From NCBI GenBank assembly GCA_040767225.1, contig JAXGOY010000001.1, positions 31,128 through 95,127 on the forward strand: 64,000 nucleotides of DNA. Reading direction: 5' to 3'. Source of the stretch: Candidatus Dojkabacteria bacterium. Lineage in GTDB: Bacteria; Patescibacteriota; Dojkabacteria; SC72. Both the position numbers and the translations under genes were made by a program. Shown piece after piece: positions 10,017 through 19,371 of this stretch. The stretch's first letter is position 1, and the number at the start of each line of letters is the position of its first letter. The notes under the pieces were generated by a model, which worked only from the letters and a program-made list of their open reading frames with translations, was not told the origin of the DNA and did no database searches.

Positions 10017-11447
10017 CTAATCTATCTGTGCCAACAGTGTTTGTGCTTCTTTTGATACAACTCCCTTTAGGTCATACTCTATAGCCTTTTTAGCATACTC
10101 TTTTGCTTTCTCAAAATCATTATCTTTTATACTAATTTCTGCAACAAGCAAGTTATATCTCGGATCATACTGGTTAAGTTCCCAAAAAACATCTAAAACC
10201 TCTTGTGCTTCATCAAGCTTTGATTTTTTGATAAGATAGCTACCTTTTGAATACAAGAACTCTGCCTTCTCACTATCATCTAAATCTTCATATGACACTT
10301 TATTTACATAATATGTAAACTTTTCACTATCATCTCTTAAAGAATATATCTTTACATAATAAAGGGGAACCCATGTATCAGTAAATATCTTCTCAGCACT
10401 TCTCATTACCTCTAAGGCTTTCTCTGTTAAATTCTCTTTCATAAGGATATCTAGGTACTCTTTGTACATTGCGAAGTGAGCTTGTGAAGCACCATATGAT
10501 ATAGCACTATCATAATATGCAATTGAGCTATTTATATCATTAAGCTGATAATAATCTCTTGCAAGTACCCAGTAAATGTATTGATTAAGATCTCCTAAAG
10601 TAGAAATATCCTGCAGTACATCTATACTTTTGCGATAATCACCATTCTCATAATATGCCTTACCAAGAATATACAGTCCATCAGCATACTCCCCCATTTT
10701 ACCTAACTTAGGCTCCAAAAGAGCAATAGCTAGATATGGATACCCTCTATCAACATACTCTTTCCCAAGTTTAGCAGCATTAAAAAGCTCATCATCATTT
10801 AAACTACCCAGCACCTCATTCCACTTGGTATATGCCTCTCTCCACTTATCACCAGGTTCTATGCCTTTTAGAATTTCTTCTGCCTTTTTTGTATCACTTA
10901 AAGCTTGAATATATGAAAGAAGAAGATTAGATTCTATAACCATATCCCCTTCATATGTCTTCTCAAGAAGGTCTTTTGCCTTCTCTATTTGTCCAATTTG
11001 AAGATATGCTTTAGCACATCCAAGTGAAGCACTCATATCTTTATCAGACATTCCTAATGCTAACTGATAATTAGTTACTGCTTTATCAAACTCCCCAAGA
11101 TTGTAATATGCATCACCAACAAGAGTATACAGTTTAGCTTTATCACTCTGACTAAGCTGTCCTCCAGACTCTTCAATTACCTTAGCTGCATCCTCTGGTT
11201 TATTCTTAACTGTAAAAATACCAACTATTCTTTCAAAAGCATCTACTCTAGAGGGTATTATCTCAGTGGCATCATTTAGTTTATCAAGAGCCAAGGAATA
11301 TTCTTTCCCTTTAATTAAAAGATCTGCATCAGATACAATCCTTTCATACTCACTAACTTTTTCCTCTGACACAGTACACCCAGAAAGAATAAAAGATGAT
11401 AAGAATAATATACAGATAAATAAAAAATACTTTTTAAAATTTTTCAT
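10017..11447 (-). CDS. TPR-repeat putative lipoprotein
   Basis: MKNFKK, hydrophobic stretch and lipobox-like LSGC; TPR-like helices (LVGDAYYNLGEFDKAV, LGKAYYENGDY); alternative start at 11465. Confidence 0.75.
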   Translation of the reverse strand: MKNFKKYFLFICILFLSSFILSGCTVSEEKVSEYERIVSDADLLIKGKEYSLALDKLNDATEIIPSRVDAFERIVGIFTVKNKPEDAAKVIEESGGQLSQSDKAKLYTLVGDAYYNLGEFDKAVTNYQLALGMSDKDMSASLGCAKAYLQIGQIEKAKDLLEKTYEGDMVIESNLLLSYIQALSDTKKAEEILKGIEPGDKWREAYTKWNEVLGSLNDDELFNAAKLGKEYVDRGYPYLAIALLEPKLGKMGEYADGLYILGKAYYENGDYRKSIDVLQDISTLGDLNQYIYWVLARDYYQLNDINSSIAYYDSAISYGASQAHFAMYKEYLDILMKENLTEKALEVMRSAEKIFTDTWVPLYYVKIYSLRDDSEKFTYYVNKVSYEDLDDSEKAEFLYSKGSYLIKKSKLDEAQEVLDVFWELNQYDPRYNLLVAEISIKDNDFEKAKEYAKKAIEYDLKGVVSKEAQTLLAQID

Positions 11448-11517
11448 ATCTTGTATTTTACACATCTTTTGACAATCATGCTATACTTGGAATATCCCGT
11501 AATATACTGGGATAGAT

Positions 11518-12462
11518 ATGGATAGTCAAAAGTCTTGTAAAAACAATGAATCTAATAAACATGTACTAATATCTCTTCTCCTTATAATTTTAGGAGTTTT
11601 CTCCTTTTTTCTAGTTATTAAATCTGATGACCTTGTTTTTGCAAGCCAGCCATTAATACCAATAGATGAAAAAATCAGGGAAGTATTATTTCTCCCCGAC
11701 CTATTGCAAGAAAAAGCCTCCTATGGACCAAAATTAATTACTATTCAAAGAGGAGATACTGTTTTTAACACTCTTACTACACTTAGCAATGTATATGACA
11801 TATTAAGAGAGAACAACATTGAGCTTAATAAAAATGATTATGTATACCTTAATACAGAGTATGTAATAAATGGAAGTGTAATAAAGATTGTAAGAACATC
11901 AAACACAATATTTGAAATGCTTGAAGAAATTCCTTTTGAAAAAGAAATTATTGAAAATCCTCAACTTCTAAAAGGAGAAGAAAAAGTAATACAAGAAGGT
12001 AAAAACGGAATTAAGAAGCTAGTATACTTTAATACCTATGAAGACAATGTGCTTGTTAAAAGTGAATTAATTGATGAAATAATAATTAAAAAACCAATAA
12101 AAGAGATAAAGGAGGTAGGAACATCTATGTACTCTCTTAATAATATTGAGAAGAAAGGATACAACTGTCCATTCTGGTATTCAGTTGTGGACTCAGGTCC
12201 ATATACACAAGAAGAAAAAGACTGGCTTAAGTTTATGATGTACTGTGAATCAGGATGTAATGCAGAATCAAATAAAAGTAATTACAAAGGCCTCTTTCAA
12301 TGGAGTCCTTACTGGTGGAATAAACAGTTCGACGAAAATATCTTTGATGGATATGCACAAATTAAACATACTGTAGAAAAATATAGAGCAGGAGAAGCAA
12401 CCAGAAGTAGTCAATGGCCAAGATGTAATGCAAAATATCTTAAAGCTACAGGAGGAAATTAA
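11518..12462 (+). CDS. G5-domain, lysozyme-like (Rpf/YabE-like) cell-wall protein
   Basis: N-terminal TM, DUF348-like region, G5 domain (EEIPFEKEIIENPQL..GEEKVIQEGKNG), C-terminal CESG...GLFQW transglycosylase-like motif. Confidence 0.75.
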   Translation: MDSQKSCKNNESNKHVLISLLLIILGVFSFFLVIKSDDLVFASQPLIPIDEKIREVLFLPDLLQEKASYGPKLITIQRGDTVFNTLTTLSNVYDILRENNIELNKNDYVYLNTEYVINGSVIKIVRTSNTIFEMLEEIPFEKEIIENPQLLKGEEKVIQEGKNGIKKLVYFNTYEDNVLVKSELIDEIIIKKPIKEIKEVGTSMYSLNNIEKKGYNCPFWYSVVDSGPYTQEEKDWLKFMMYCESGCNAESNKSNYKGLFQWSPYWWNKQFDENIFDGYAQIKHTVEKYRAGEATRSSQWPRCNAKYLKATGGN

Positions 12463-14504
12463 CTCTGCCAACTGTAATAATCACAAATATCCTGTGGTAT
12501 CTCACCTAAGAATCTTGACGGTATCTGTGTAGAATATCCCTCCCTGCTTAATCTTCTTTCAGAAAATGTTAAATAAAGCTTTTCCCTTGCCCTTGTAATA
12601 CCAACATAACACAGTCTTCTTTCTTCCTCTAACTCTTCTTCATCAGTAAATGATCTAGAATGAGGAAGTATTCCCTCCTCAACACCAACTATAAAAACAT
12701 AATCAAACTCTAACCCTTTTGATGAATGAAGTGTCATAAGGTTAACATAGTTTCCACTTCCATCTTGATTTTTACTTTGCTCAAGCTCTATAAGATTAAT
12801 CTCCTGCAAAAATATCTCTAAAGAATTATTTCCAAACTTTTGTGAGTATGCTGCTGCAACATTCTTTAACTCTTCAATATTCTCTTTCTTGTACTCTGCC
12901 TCCTGAGAACTATCATCGAACCATTCAATATATTTTGTTTTCTCCAATATTAAATCTATAACAGATAGAACATCTATCCCTTGACTTTCAAAATACAAAC
13001 TGCCAAATAAATCAACAATAGGTGAAAAGCTCATAATCTCATCCATTACAGATTCAACCTTTTTATACACTTTATCAGACATCTCTTCATGCTTTTCTAA
13101 AGAATTCTTTATGCTATATGCACCAACTAAAACCTCCCCTATACTACAACCACATTTTTTTGCAATGGAGTGTATAGCTGCAATTGACTTAGGTCCAATC
13201 TTTCTATTAGGAGTATTCAATACCCTAGTTATACTTAAATCATCTTTAAGATTAAAGATAAATCTCATATAGCTAAGAATATCCTTTATCTCTTTTCTAT
13301 CATAAAATCTAAACCCTCCTACTAGTTTATATGGAATACCATTTTTAAGCATTGCTTCCTCAATTGCCCTTGACTGATAGTTTGTTCTGTAAAGAACAGC
13401 TATATCAACTAAAGATATTCCATTTCTTCTTAGCCTATTAATTTCATCTACAACATACTGTGCTTCATCATCCTGATCTCTTGCTTGATATACAGTAATA
13501 GGGTTCCCCGAATCCTTTTCTGTCCACAGCTTTTTATTTACTCTAAACACATTCTGCTGAATAACTGACATTGCAGCAGATATGACATTACCTGTTGACC
13601 TATAATTCTGTTCAAGTTTAACTACCTTTACATTTTTAAAATCCCTTTCAAAGGACTGAATATTCTTAATATCTGCACCCCTCCATCCATAAATACCTTG
13701 ATCATCATCTCCAACTACACATATATTTCGATACTTCTGTGAAAGAAGTTTGGCAAACATATATTGTGCAGTATTTGTATCTTGATACTCGTCAATTAAA
13801 ATATATCTATAAATATCCTGATAATATGAAAGCACTTTTTTATTTTCAGATAAAAGCTTAACCGTTAAATATATTAAATCACCAAAATCAACAGAGTTCT
13901 GTAACCTTAATTGCTTCTGATACAAAGGATATATATCTGCAACAATATCTTCAATAAAGCCGCCATAATGCTGTGAGAATTGTTCAGGTGAAATTAACTC
14001 ATTTTTTGCATCAGATATAAAGTAGGCAATAGACTCTGGTTTTATTTGTTTAACATCAATATTTTTCTCAATAAGAATATCTTTTATTAAATTCTCAGTA
14101 TCAGTAGAATCACATATGGAAAAGTTTGGCATTAAACCAACATCTCTTGCATTTTGTCTTAAAAATAGTGCTCCAATTGAGTGAAATGTTCCTATAAGAG
14201 GGACATCTTTTGTATCAATATTCAACTCTTTAAGTAAACTGATAACCCTCTCCTGCATTTCTCCTGCTGCTTTTTTAGTAAATGTAACAGCCATTATATT
14301 TTTAGGAGATACATTCTTCTCTGTTATTAAATATGCAATTCTATTTGTAATAACTCTTGTTTTTCCTGATCCAGCACCAGCAAAAACTAGAAGTGGACCT
14401 TCTGTTGTCTGTACAGCAACCCTCTGTTGCTCATTTAATTTTCCCAGTATTATATCTTTGGAATTCACAGCATTGATTATATCTAAGACTGTATACACAT
14501 ACAA
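12459..14504 (-). CDS. pcrA: ATP-dependent DNA helicase PcrA/UvrD
   Basis: AGAGSGKT, TFTKKAA, DEYQDTN, VGDDDQGIYGWRG, LEQNYRS, MTLHSSKGLEF, EERRLCYVGITRA; start uncertain. Confidence 0.95.
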   Translation of the reverse strand: MYVYTVLDIINAVNSKDIILGKLNEQQRVAVQTTEGPLLVFAGAGSGKTRVITNRIAYLITEKNVSPKNIMAVTFTKKAAGEMQERVISLLKELNIDTKDVPLIGTFHSIGALFLRQNARDVGLMPNFSICDSTDTENLIKDILIEKNIDVKQIKPESIAYFISDAKNELISPEQFSQHYGGFIEDIVADIYPLYQKQLRLQNSVDFGDLIYLTVKLLSENKKVLSYYQDIYRYILIDEYQDTNTAQYMFAKLLSQKYRNICVVGDDDQGIYGWRGADIKNIQSFERDFKNVKVVKLEQNYRSTGNVISAAMSVIQQNVFRVNKKLWTEKDSGNPITVYQARDQDDEAQYVVDEINRLRRNGISLVDIAVLYRTNYQSRAIEEAMLKNGIPYKLVGGFRFYDRKEIKDILSYMRFIFNLKDDLSITRVLNTPNRKIGPKSIAAIHSIAKKCGCSIGEVLVGAYSIKNSLEKHEEMSDKVYKKVESVMDEIMSFSPIVDLFGSLYFESQGIDVLSVIDLILEKTKYIEWFDDSSQEAEYKKENIEELKNVAAAYSQKFGNNSLEIFLQEINLIELEQSKNQDGSGNYVNLMTLHSSKGLEFDYVFIVGVEEGILPHSRSFTDEEELEEERRLCYVGITRAREKLYLTFSERRLSREGYSTQIPSRFLGEIPQDICDYYSWQS

Positions 14505-14533
14505 TTAAAGAAGGTTATAAGGTGGAAAATATA

Positions 14534-15721
14534 TTAAATCTCTTTAGCATATTTCTGGTATACCCACCCTGTTTGATCTTTACCCAGCTTAATCTGATAC
14601 CATCCCTCTTCTTTCTTAATTACTGCATAGACCCATCCTTCATCTGCAACTTCCAGCACTTTACAGCTATACCATCTGCACTCTCTAATATTTACATATC
14701 CAAATTCAGGGGATGTAAGCTGAATTAATTTGTTATTTCCTCTAGTAATAGTAAACTGTACATCGAAATTACTTCCTTCAATAACATTATCTGCAGATTT
14801 CATAAAGTAGAAACTCTCTTTGTATTCACCAGGCTTACTTTTTGCCTCCATCTGGAATGTAACTTCTACAGTTTCTCCTGGCTTAACATTAACATTTTGT
14901 AAATGAGTAGGCTTGCTGAAACTTTCCCACTCCATATTAATAGCATGAGGACTTTCTTTAGAATCTACGGTAGAAATGTATATATAGCTAAGGTCACCGA
15001 ACCATATAAAGTCATTTTCATTTTTAATTTTTACTTTTACATCTAATCTATTTCCAACTTCAACTTCTTTTGCATAATCTACTGACACAATACTTCCTTT
15101 GTACTTAAGATGTTCAGTATCAGACCATTTTACTTCTGCAAGTGATGATACAATAGAGCTTCTAAGCTCCCCTGCAGAAACAGAATATGTCATATATGAT
15201 ACCTTATCACTACTTTTCTTTAATTTAAGTTCAACAAATTCCCAATTAGTATTCTTTATTCCATACTTGTATGAAAGTTCTTGTACCAAAGAGTTAAGAG
15301 CTTCTGATGTACGCGGAGCAAGGGTTGTACTATCATCCATTATCCCTATTAAAACAACATTTTGTCCACCTTCTAAGCCAGGGTTTATTCCTTCTCCTCC
15401 CCTTGCTCCTTCATATATATTTCCACTTTTATCTATTAAATAGTTATATGGAATATCATTTAAGCCAAGCCTTGTTACACTGTAGTAGTAAAGAGCTTTT
15501 ATCCATTCATTTGGCTTTCCTAAAAACTCTTTGTTGTATCCTCCTAACTGTGATATATATATTTTTTGAGGCAATGAATACATATCTGCTTGAACTGATA
15601 ATGTTTCATCCATACCAATATCTTTTCTTTTAACAATATCAACTGCAAACACAGACGAAGAGAGAACTAATAACATGAAAAAACTTAAGAAGATTGTAAA
15701 AAGATATTTTGGGAATCTCAT
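14534..15721 (-). CDS. Secreted PGRP/amidase_2-like protein with Ig-like and SH3 domains
   Basis: Signal peptide (VFA|V); GLNDIPYNYLIDKSGNIYEG; VKPGETVEVTF Ig-like module; C-terminal VNIRE...GWYQI...GWV SH3b-like. Confidence 0.7.
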   Translation of the reverse strand: MRFPKYLFTIFLSFFMLLVLSSSVFAVDIVKRKDIGMDETLSVQADMYSLPQKIYISQLGGYNKEFLGKPNEWIKALYYYSVTRLGLNDIPYNYLIDKSGNIYEGARGGEGINPGLEGGQNVVLIGIMDDSTTLAPRTSEALNSLVQELSYKYGIKNTNWEFVELKLKKSSDKVSYMTYSVSAGELRSSIVSSLAEVKWSDTEHLKYKGSIVSVDYAKEVEVGNRLDVKVKIKNENDFIWFGDLSYIYISTVDSKESPHAINMEWESFSKPTHLQNVNVKPGETVEVTFQMEAKSKPGEYKESFYFMKSADNVIEGSNFDVQFTITRGNNKLIQLTSPEFGYVNIRECRWYSCKVLEVADEGWVYAVIKKEEGWYQIKLGKDQTGWVYQKYAKEI

Positions 15722-15742
15722 AATAGATATTGTATCACACTT

Positions 15743-16759
15743 TTAATATGGTGCTGCTCCTTCCTCCTCAAATCCTTTCTCATACAAAACATCATCTTCA
15801 TCAATTATTCTGGTTGTAAGATAGGAGGGGTCTACTGCACATACAAACATTTTTGTTTTTGTCCAATATGTATCACCTGTTACTGTTATTATTCTTCCAT
15901 CACCAGTAAGTACATATGTTGGAAGTAGGAGTCCATTTCCACTATCGTTAAATATGTGCATTAACTGTATATCATTAGTAATATATTCCTTCATACTATA
16001 CTTTGCAGGATTTTGATAGAACCTATCTTCTATAATAGAAGACCCCAATCTTTTAGGATATTTTGAATTTACAACTAATTTATCTATTGGGGCTAACGGC
16101 AGATATTCATACTTAGTTAAATTATTCCTGTCTAATAAAAGAAGTGATAATTGGGTAATTAAACCTTTATTATTTGTTGTAATAACAAATGCATACCCAT
16201 CTAAATATGAGGACCCCACCTTTATATCATCAAATACATACACTCCTTTATATTCAGTTTTTTCATTTTCTTTACTAGTTTCTTTAAGTTCAATATCATT
16301 AATATCAAAATATTCACTAAAAAAGGTTTTAACATCTTCATCTGATAATATTTTAAAATCTATTGGTATTGTATCAGTTGATGTTATTGTTAATACCCCA
16401 GTAATGGGAGAAAACAGTATAAAAGAATTCTCCTTATACATTATTGATAAGTATTCAGGAATTTCAATATCTGAATTAAGGTTATAGAAGTTGTTAACAA
16501 AAGATATCATTTTGTCAGTATCAAACTCAGAGACTTTAAGGATTCTTTCTTCTTTTGGGATATCTATCTTAATCTTTGATACATCAACAGATATTTCTTC
16601 TTCATCAATAGGATATGGACTTTGAATTTTCTCTTTAGTACTTAAATAACCATCTTGAGTAACTTCTTCCTTAGAGAGAAGTAAGAGTACAAGCAGAATA
16701 GCAAGAAGAATAACTCCAACTATTATATATATTTTGTATTTTTTAAAAAATTCTTTCAT
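15743..16759 (-). CDS. Membrane-anchored hypothetical protein
   Basis: 338-aa ORF with a single N-terminal TM; co-oriented in a tight operon. Confidence 0.75.
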   Translation of the reverse strand: MKEFFKKYKIYIIVGVILLAILLVLLLLSKEEVTQDGYLSTKEKIQSPYPIDEEEISVDVSKIKIDIPKEERILKVSEFDTDKMISFVNNFYNLNSDIEIPEYLSIMYKENSFILFSPITGVLTITSTDTIPIDFKILSDEDVKTFFSEYFDINDIELKETSKENEKTEYKGVYVFDDIKVGSSYLDGYAFVITTNNKGLITQLSLLLLDRNNLTKYEYLPLAPIDKLVVNSKYPKRLGSSIIEDRFYQNPAKYSMKEYITNDIQLMHIFNDSGNGLLLPTYVLTGDGRIITVTGDTYWTKTKMFVCAVDPSYLTTRIIDEDDVLYEKGFEEEGAAPY

Positions 16760-16764
16760 TATAT

Positions 16765-19356
16765 TTACTCACATGCACCTCCATTTACCTGGGCAGCAAC
16801 GTCTCTGTAACATGCAGTACTAGTATCCCAACATAGTGCAGCATTGACAGCCTCCTCTGGAGTACAAGCTGATGTACTAACCCTACAACCATATCCTCCA
16901 GCACCCTCTGACAAGTAGTCAGCACCCCATTCTCTTACCATTGACGGACAACTATCTCCTTGAATTTGATGAATTAATTCATGTACAAATAATAAGTAGG
17001 CATATCGATTTGAAGCCCCAAGTAACTTATCTACCTTACAATATACATAATCTAAACCACTATAACACCAAGCCCCATTTATACTCTCACAACCTGGACC
17101 ACCTGGACAAACCACTAATGCAAGTTCTACATAGATTGATCTGCCATATGTCTCAGATACATACTCTCTTGCACGCTTGTAAAGCTCATAAAGGTCATCT
17201 GCTCCCTCCCAGCCAGGTGGTATTATTGGTCCTGGGCTGCCACCACCACCCCCATTTGGTGGTATATAATAACCTTGATTCCCATATGCAGAACATTGAT
17301 TCACAGTATCTGGAACTACATAATTATATGAGAACGTCTTTCTATTCCATTTCTTCCATGATCCAACACTACCACCTAATACAACAATTGCTGCAATAAG
17401 ACCTACAATAGCAACTAACATTATTTGTACAAAAACCTTTGCAATTTTCCCTGCCAAATCCATAGCGATATTTACACCAATTGTTATAGCAATAGATGCC
17501 AGTGGAGTAAGAGCAACCCCAAGTGCACCAGCCACAGCACTTACAAGAGGTTTAATTAAGTTTCGTAAACCACCTTTTGCAACAAACTCTTTTAACATGC
17601 TCTCTCCTAAAGTCTTAGTAATCCAGTTCTTAAGAGCCTCGTTCTTCATAATGGCATCATAAATCTTTTGTCTAGCCTTCTTTAATGGTACATCAAAGAC
17701 CCCCTTTATCCTATCCTCTATCATCTTCTTTGTCCTAGCAGGAAAGCTAAAGATTTTTGTTAAATTCTTAAGATTCTTGGATTGTTTTAGCAGTTTCTCA
17801 ATTTTTTCAAAATCTTTTATTGAAAGAGTCCCACTAGCAAGTTGTGTCTGTATTCCTTCTAATGTTTTACTGATATACTCATTAAGGTCCTTTCCATCTA
17901 AAGCATATATACTATCAATTACATTATCAGCACCAATAGCTTTTCCTAATACTCCAGCTGCACCAAGTCCACCCAATAGCTCTTTTAACTGCTCATTGTT
18001 TTTATACAAACCTCTTGCAAATAATTCACCATTGTAAAAAAATGTCCTAAAGAGTGATCTTGGTGTTGCATAGTAAAGAGCTTCTCCCATTTCGTTATAT
18101 GCATTCTGTACTTTGTTTCTATCTTTCTTAGCAACATATATTTCCACTCCTGGTATTTTTTCTAATGTAACTTTCTTTACAGGAGTTAAATTATTCTTCC
18201 TTGGATCAAAAAAATCTCCATTGAGAATCAATCCAACAACATTGGTTCCTGTTGGACCACCAAGCATCTTTATTGAGTTAAGATATCCTTCCCATTTTCC
18301 AATCCCTGTAAACAAACTGTGTGCACCACCAACTTCTCTTAGTACTTTTTCCTTATCCTTTATTGCACGTTCAATTTCTTTTTTTTCATCTGCAGAAAGG
18401 TTCCCTTCTTTAAGCCTATCCTTTAAAGCATAAGTTTCCTGCTTTATTTTATCAAGATTAATAAGTAGTTTAGTCTTTTCATATATCTTCCTTTGTTCTT
18501 CTTGCTCAGAACCTTCTGGTGCATCCCGTAAAGAATATATTTTTTCTGTAAGATAATTATCTTCAAGCTCCCTATATAGCTCAGGATTGAAAATATCTAC
18601 CTCTTCTCCCAATTTCTTTTTCCCTAAGGCATTGTTAAAATTCTGTACCTCTGTGTCACTATATCTACGAGATAAATATGATTCTATTTCTTTACGACTA
18701 CTTTTTGCTCCAAGTTTACTTGAAAAGTCTAACTTCTCCTGCTCATTCATAGTAAACCAACGATTCCCAAATGTTTTTTGCCCAAGTAAATCTACCGCCC
18801 TATTAGCCACAAAATCTCTCTCTGCATATGAAGCAACACTCTGACCTACTGCTCTTGCAATTTTGTATGATTCTGCTTTTTCATTTGCAGAAGCATTTGC
18901 CAATGCTATCTGTTTAGCTTCTAAATTCCCATATTTATGAGCCCATGCTGTAGTTAAGAAATCATCTATAGCTTCACCAACCATACGAGCTCTTCCAGCT
19001 TTTCTATCTGCTTTTACATTGTTTATTGCCTTTTGAACCTGACCACCAGGATCTCTTAGCCAACTTCCTAAATTATTTGTAGTTAACTTTAAATTTCCCC
19101 TGCCACCAAAGAAATCAACCTGTGCTATCTTAACATCTAAAGCACTATTAAATTCATCAATTAAGGTATTTGAAATAAAGACACCTGGTTTTTCAAGTGA
19201 GGCAAATATTGCATCTGTAAGTGCACTAGAAGCAGATACTCCTGTAGGTGGTTTAACAGGCCTTCTTTTCTCAGGAGGTTTTTCTGATTCAGCAAGTATA
19301 AAATCAATAATTCCCCCTATTGCATCATAATTGTCATTTTTACCTTTAGTTGGCAT
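16765..19356 (-). CDS. Large membrane protein with C-terminal Cys-rich HExxH (zincin-like) domain
   Basis: 863 aa; helical N-terminal part, hydrophobic segment near aa 600-665, Gly/Pro linker, HELIH...EWGA. Confidence 0.7.
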   Translation of the reverse strand: MPTKGKNDNYDAIGGIIDFILAESEKPPEKRRPVKPPTGVSASSALTDAIFASLEKPGVFISNTLIDEFNSALDVKIAQVDFFGGRGNLKLTTNNLGSWLRDPGGQVQKAINNVKADRKAGRARMVGEAIDDFLTTAWAHKYGNLEAKQIALANASANEKAESYKIARAVGQSVASYAERDFVANRAVDLLGQKTFGNRWFTMNEQEKLDFSSKLGAKSSRKEIESYLSRRYSDTEVQNFNNALGKKKLGEEVDIFNPELYRELEDNYLTEKIYSLRDAPEGSEQEEQRKIYEKTKLLINLDKIKQETYALKDRLKEGNLSADEKKEIERAIKDKEKVLREVGGAHSLFTGIGKWEGYLNSIKMLGGPTGTNVVGLILNGDFFDPRKNNLTPVKKVTLEKIPGVEIYVAKKDRNKVQNAYNEMGEALYYATPRSLFRTFFYNGELFARGLYKNNEQLKELLGGLGAAGVLGKAIGADNVIDSIYALDGKDLNEYISKTLEGIQTQLASGTLSIKDFEKIEKLLKQSKNLKNLTKIFSFPARTKKMIEDRIKGVFDVPLKKARQKIYDAIMKNEALKNWITKTLGESMLKEFVAKGGLRNLIKPLVSAVAGALGVALTPLASIAITIGVNIAMDLAGKIAKVFVQIMLVAIVGLIAAIVVLGGSVGSWKKWNRKTFSYNYVVPDTVNQCSAYGNQGYYIPPNGGGGGSPGPIIPPGWEGADDLYELYKRAREYVSETYGRSIYVELALVVCPGGPGCESINGAWCYSGLDYVYCKVDKLLGASNRYAYLLFVHELIHQIQGDSCPSMVREWGADYLSEGAGGYGCRVSTSACTPEEAVNAALCWDTSTACYRDVAAQVNGGACE

Positions 19357-19371
19357 TTTCTATATACCTAA

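Noticed and set aside
16765-19356. Phage tape-measure protein interpretation of the 863-aa ORF
   Set aside because: No tail, capsid or terminase genes nearby; the neighbours are membrane and surface proteins.
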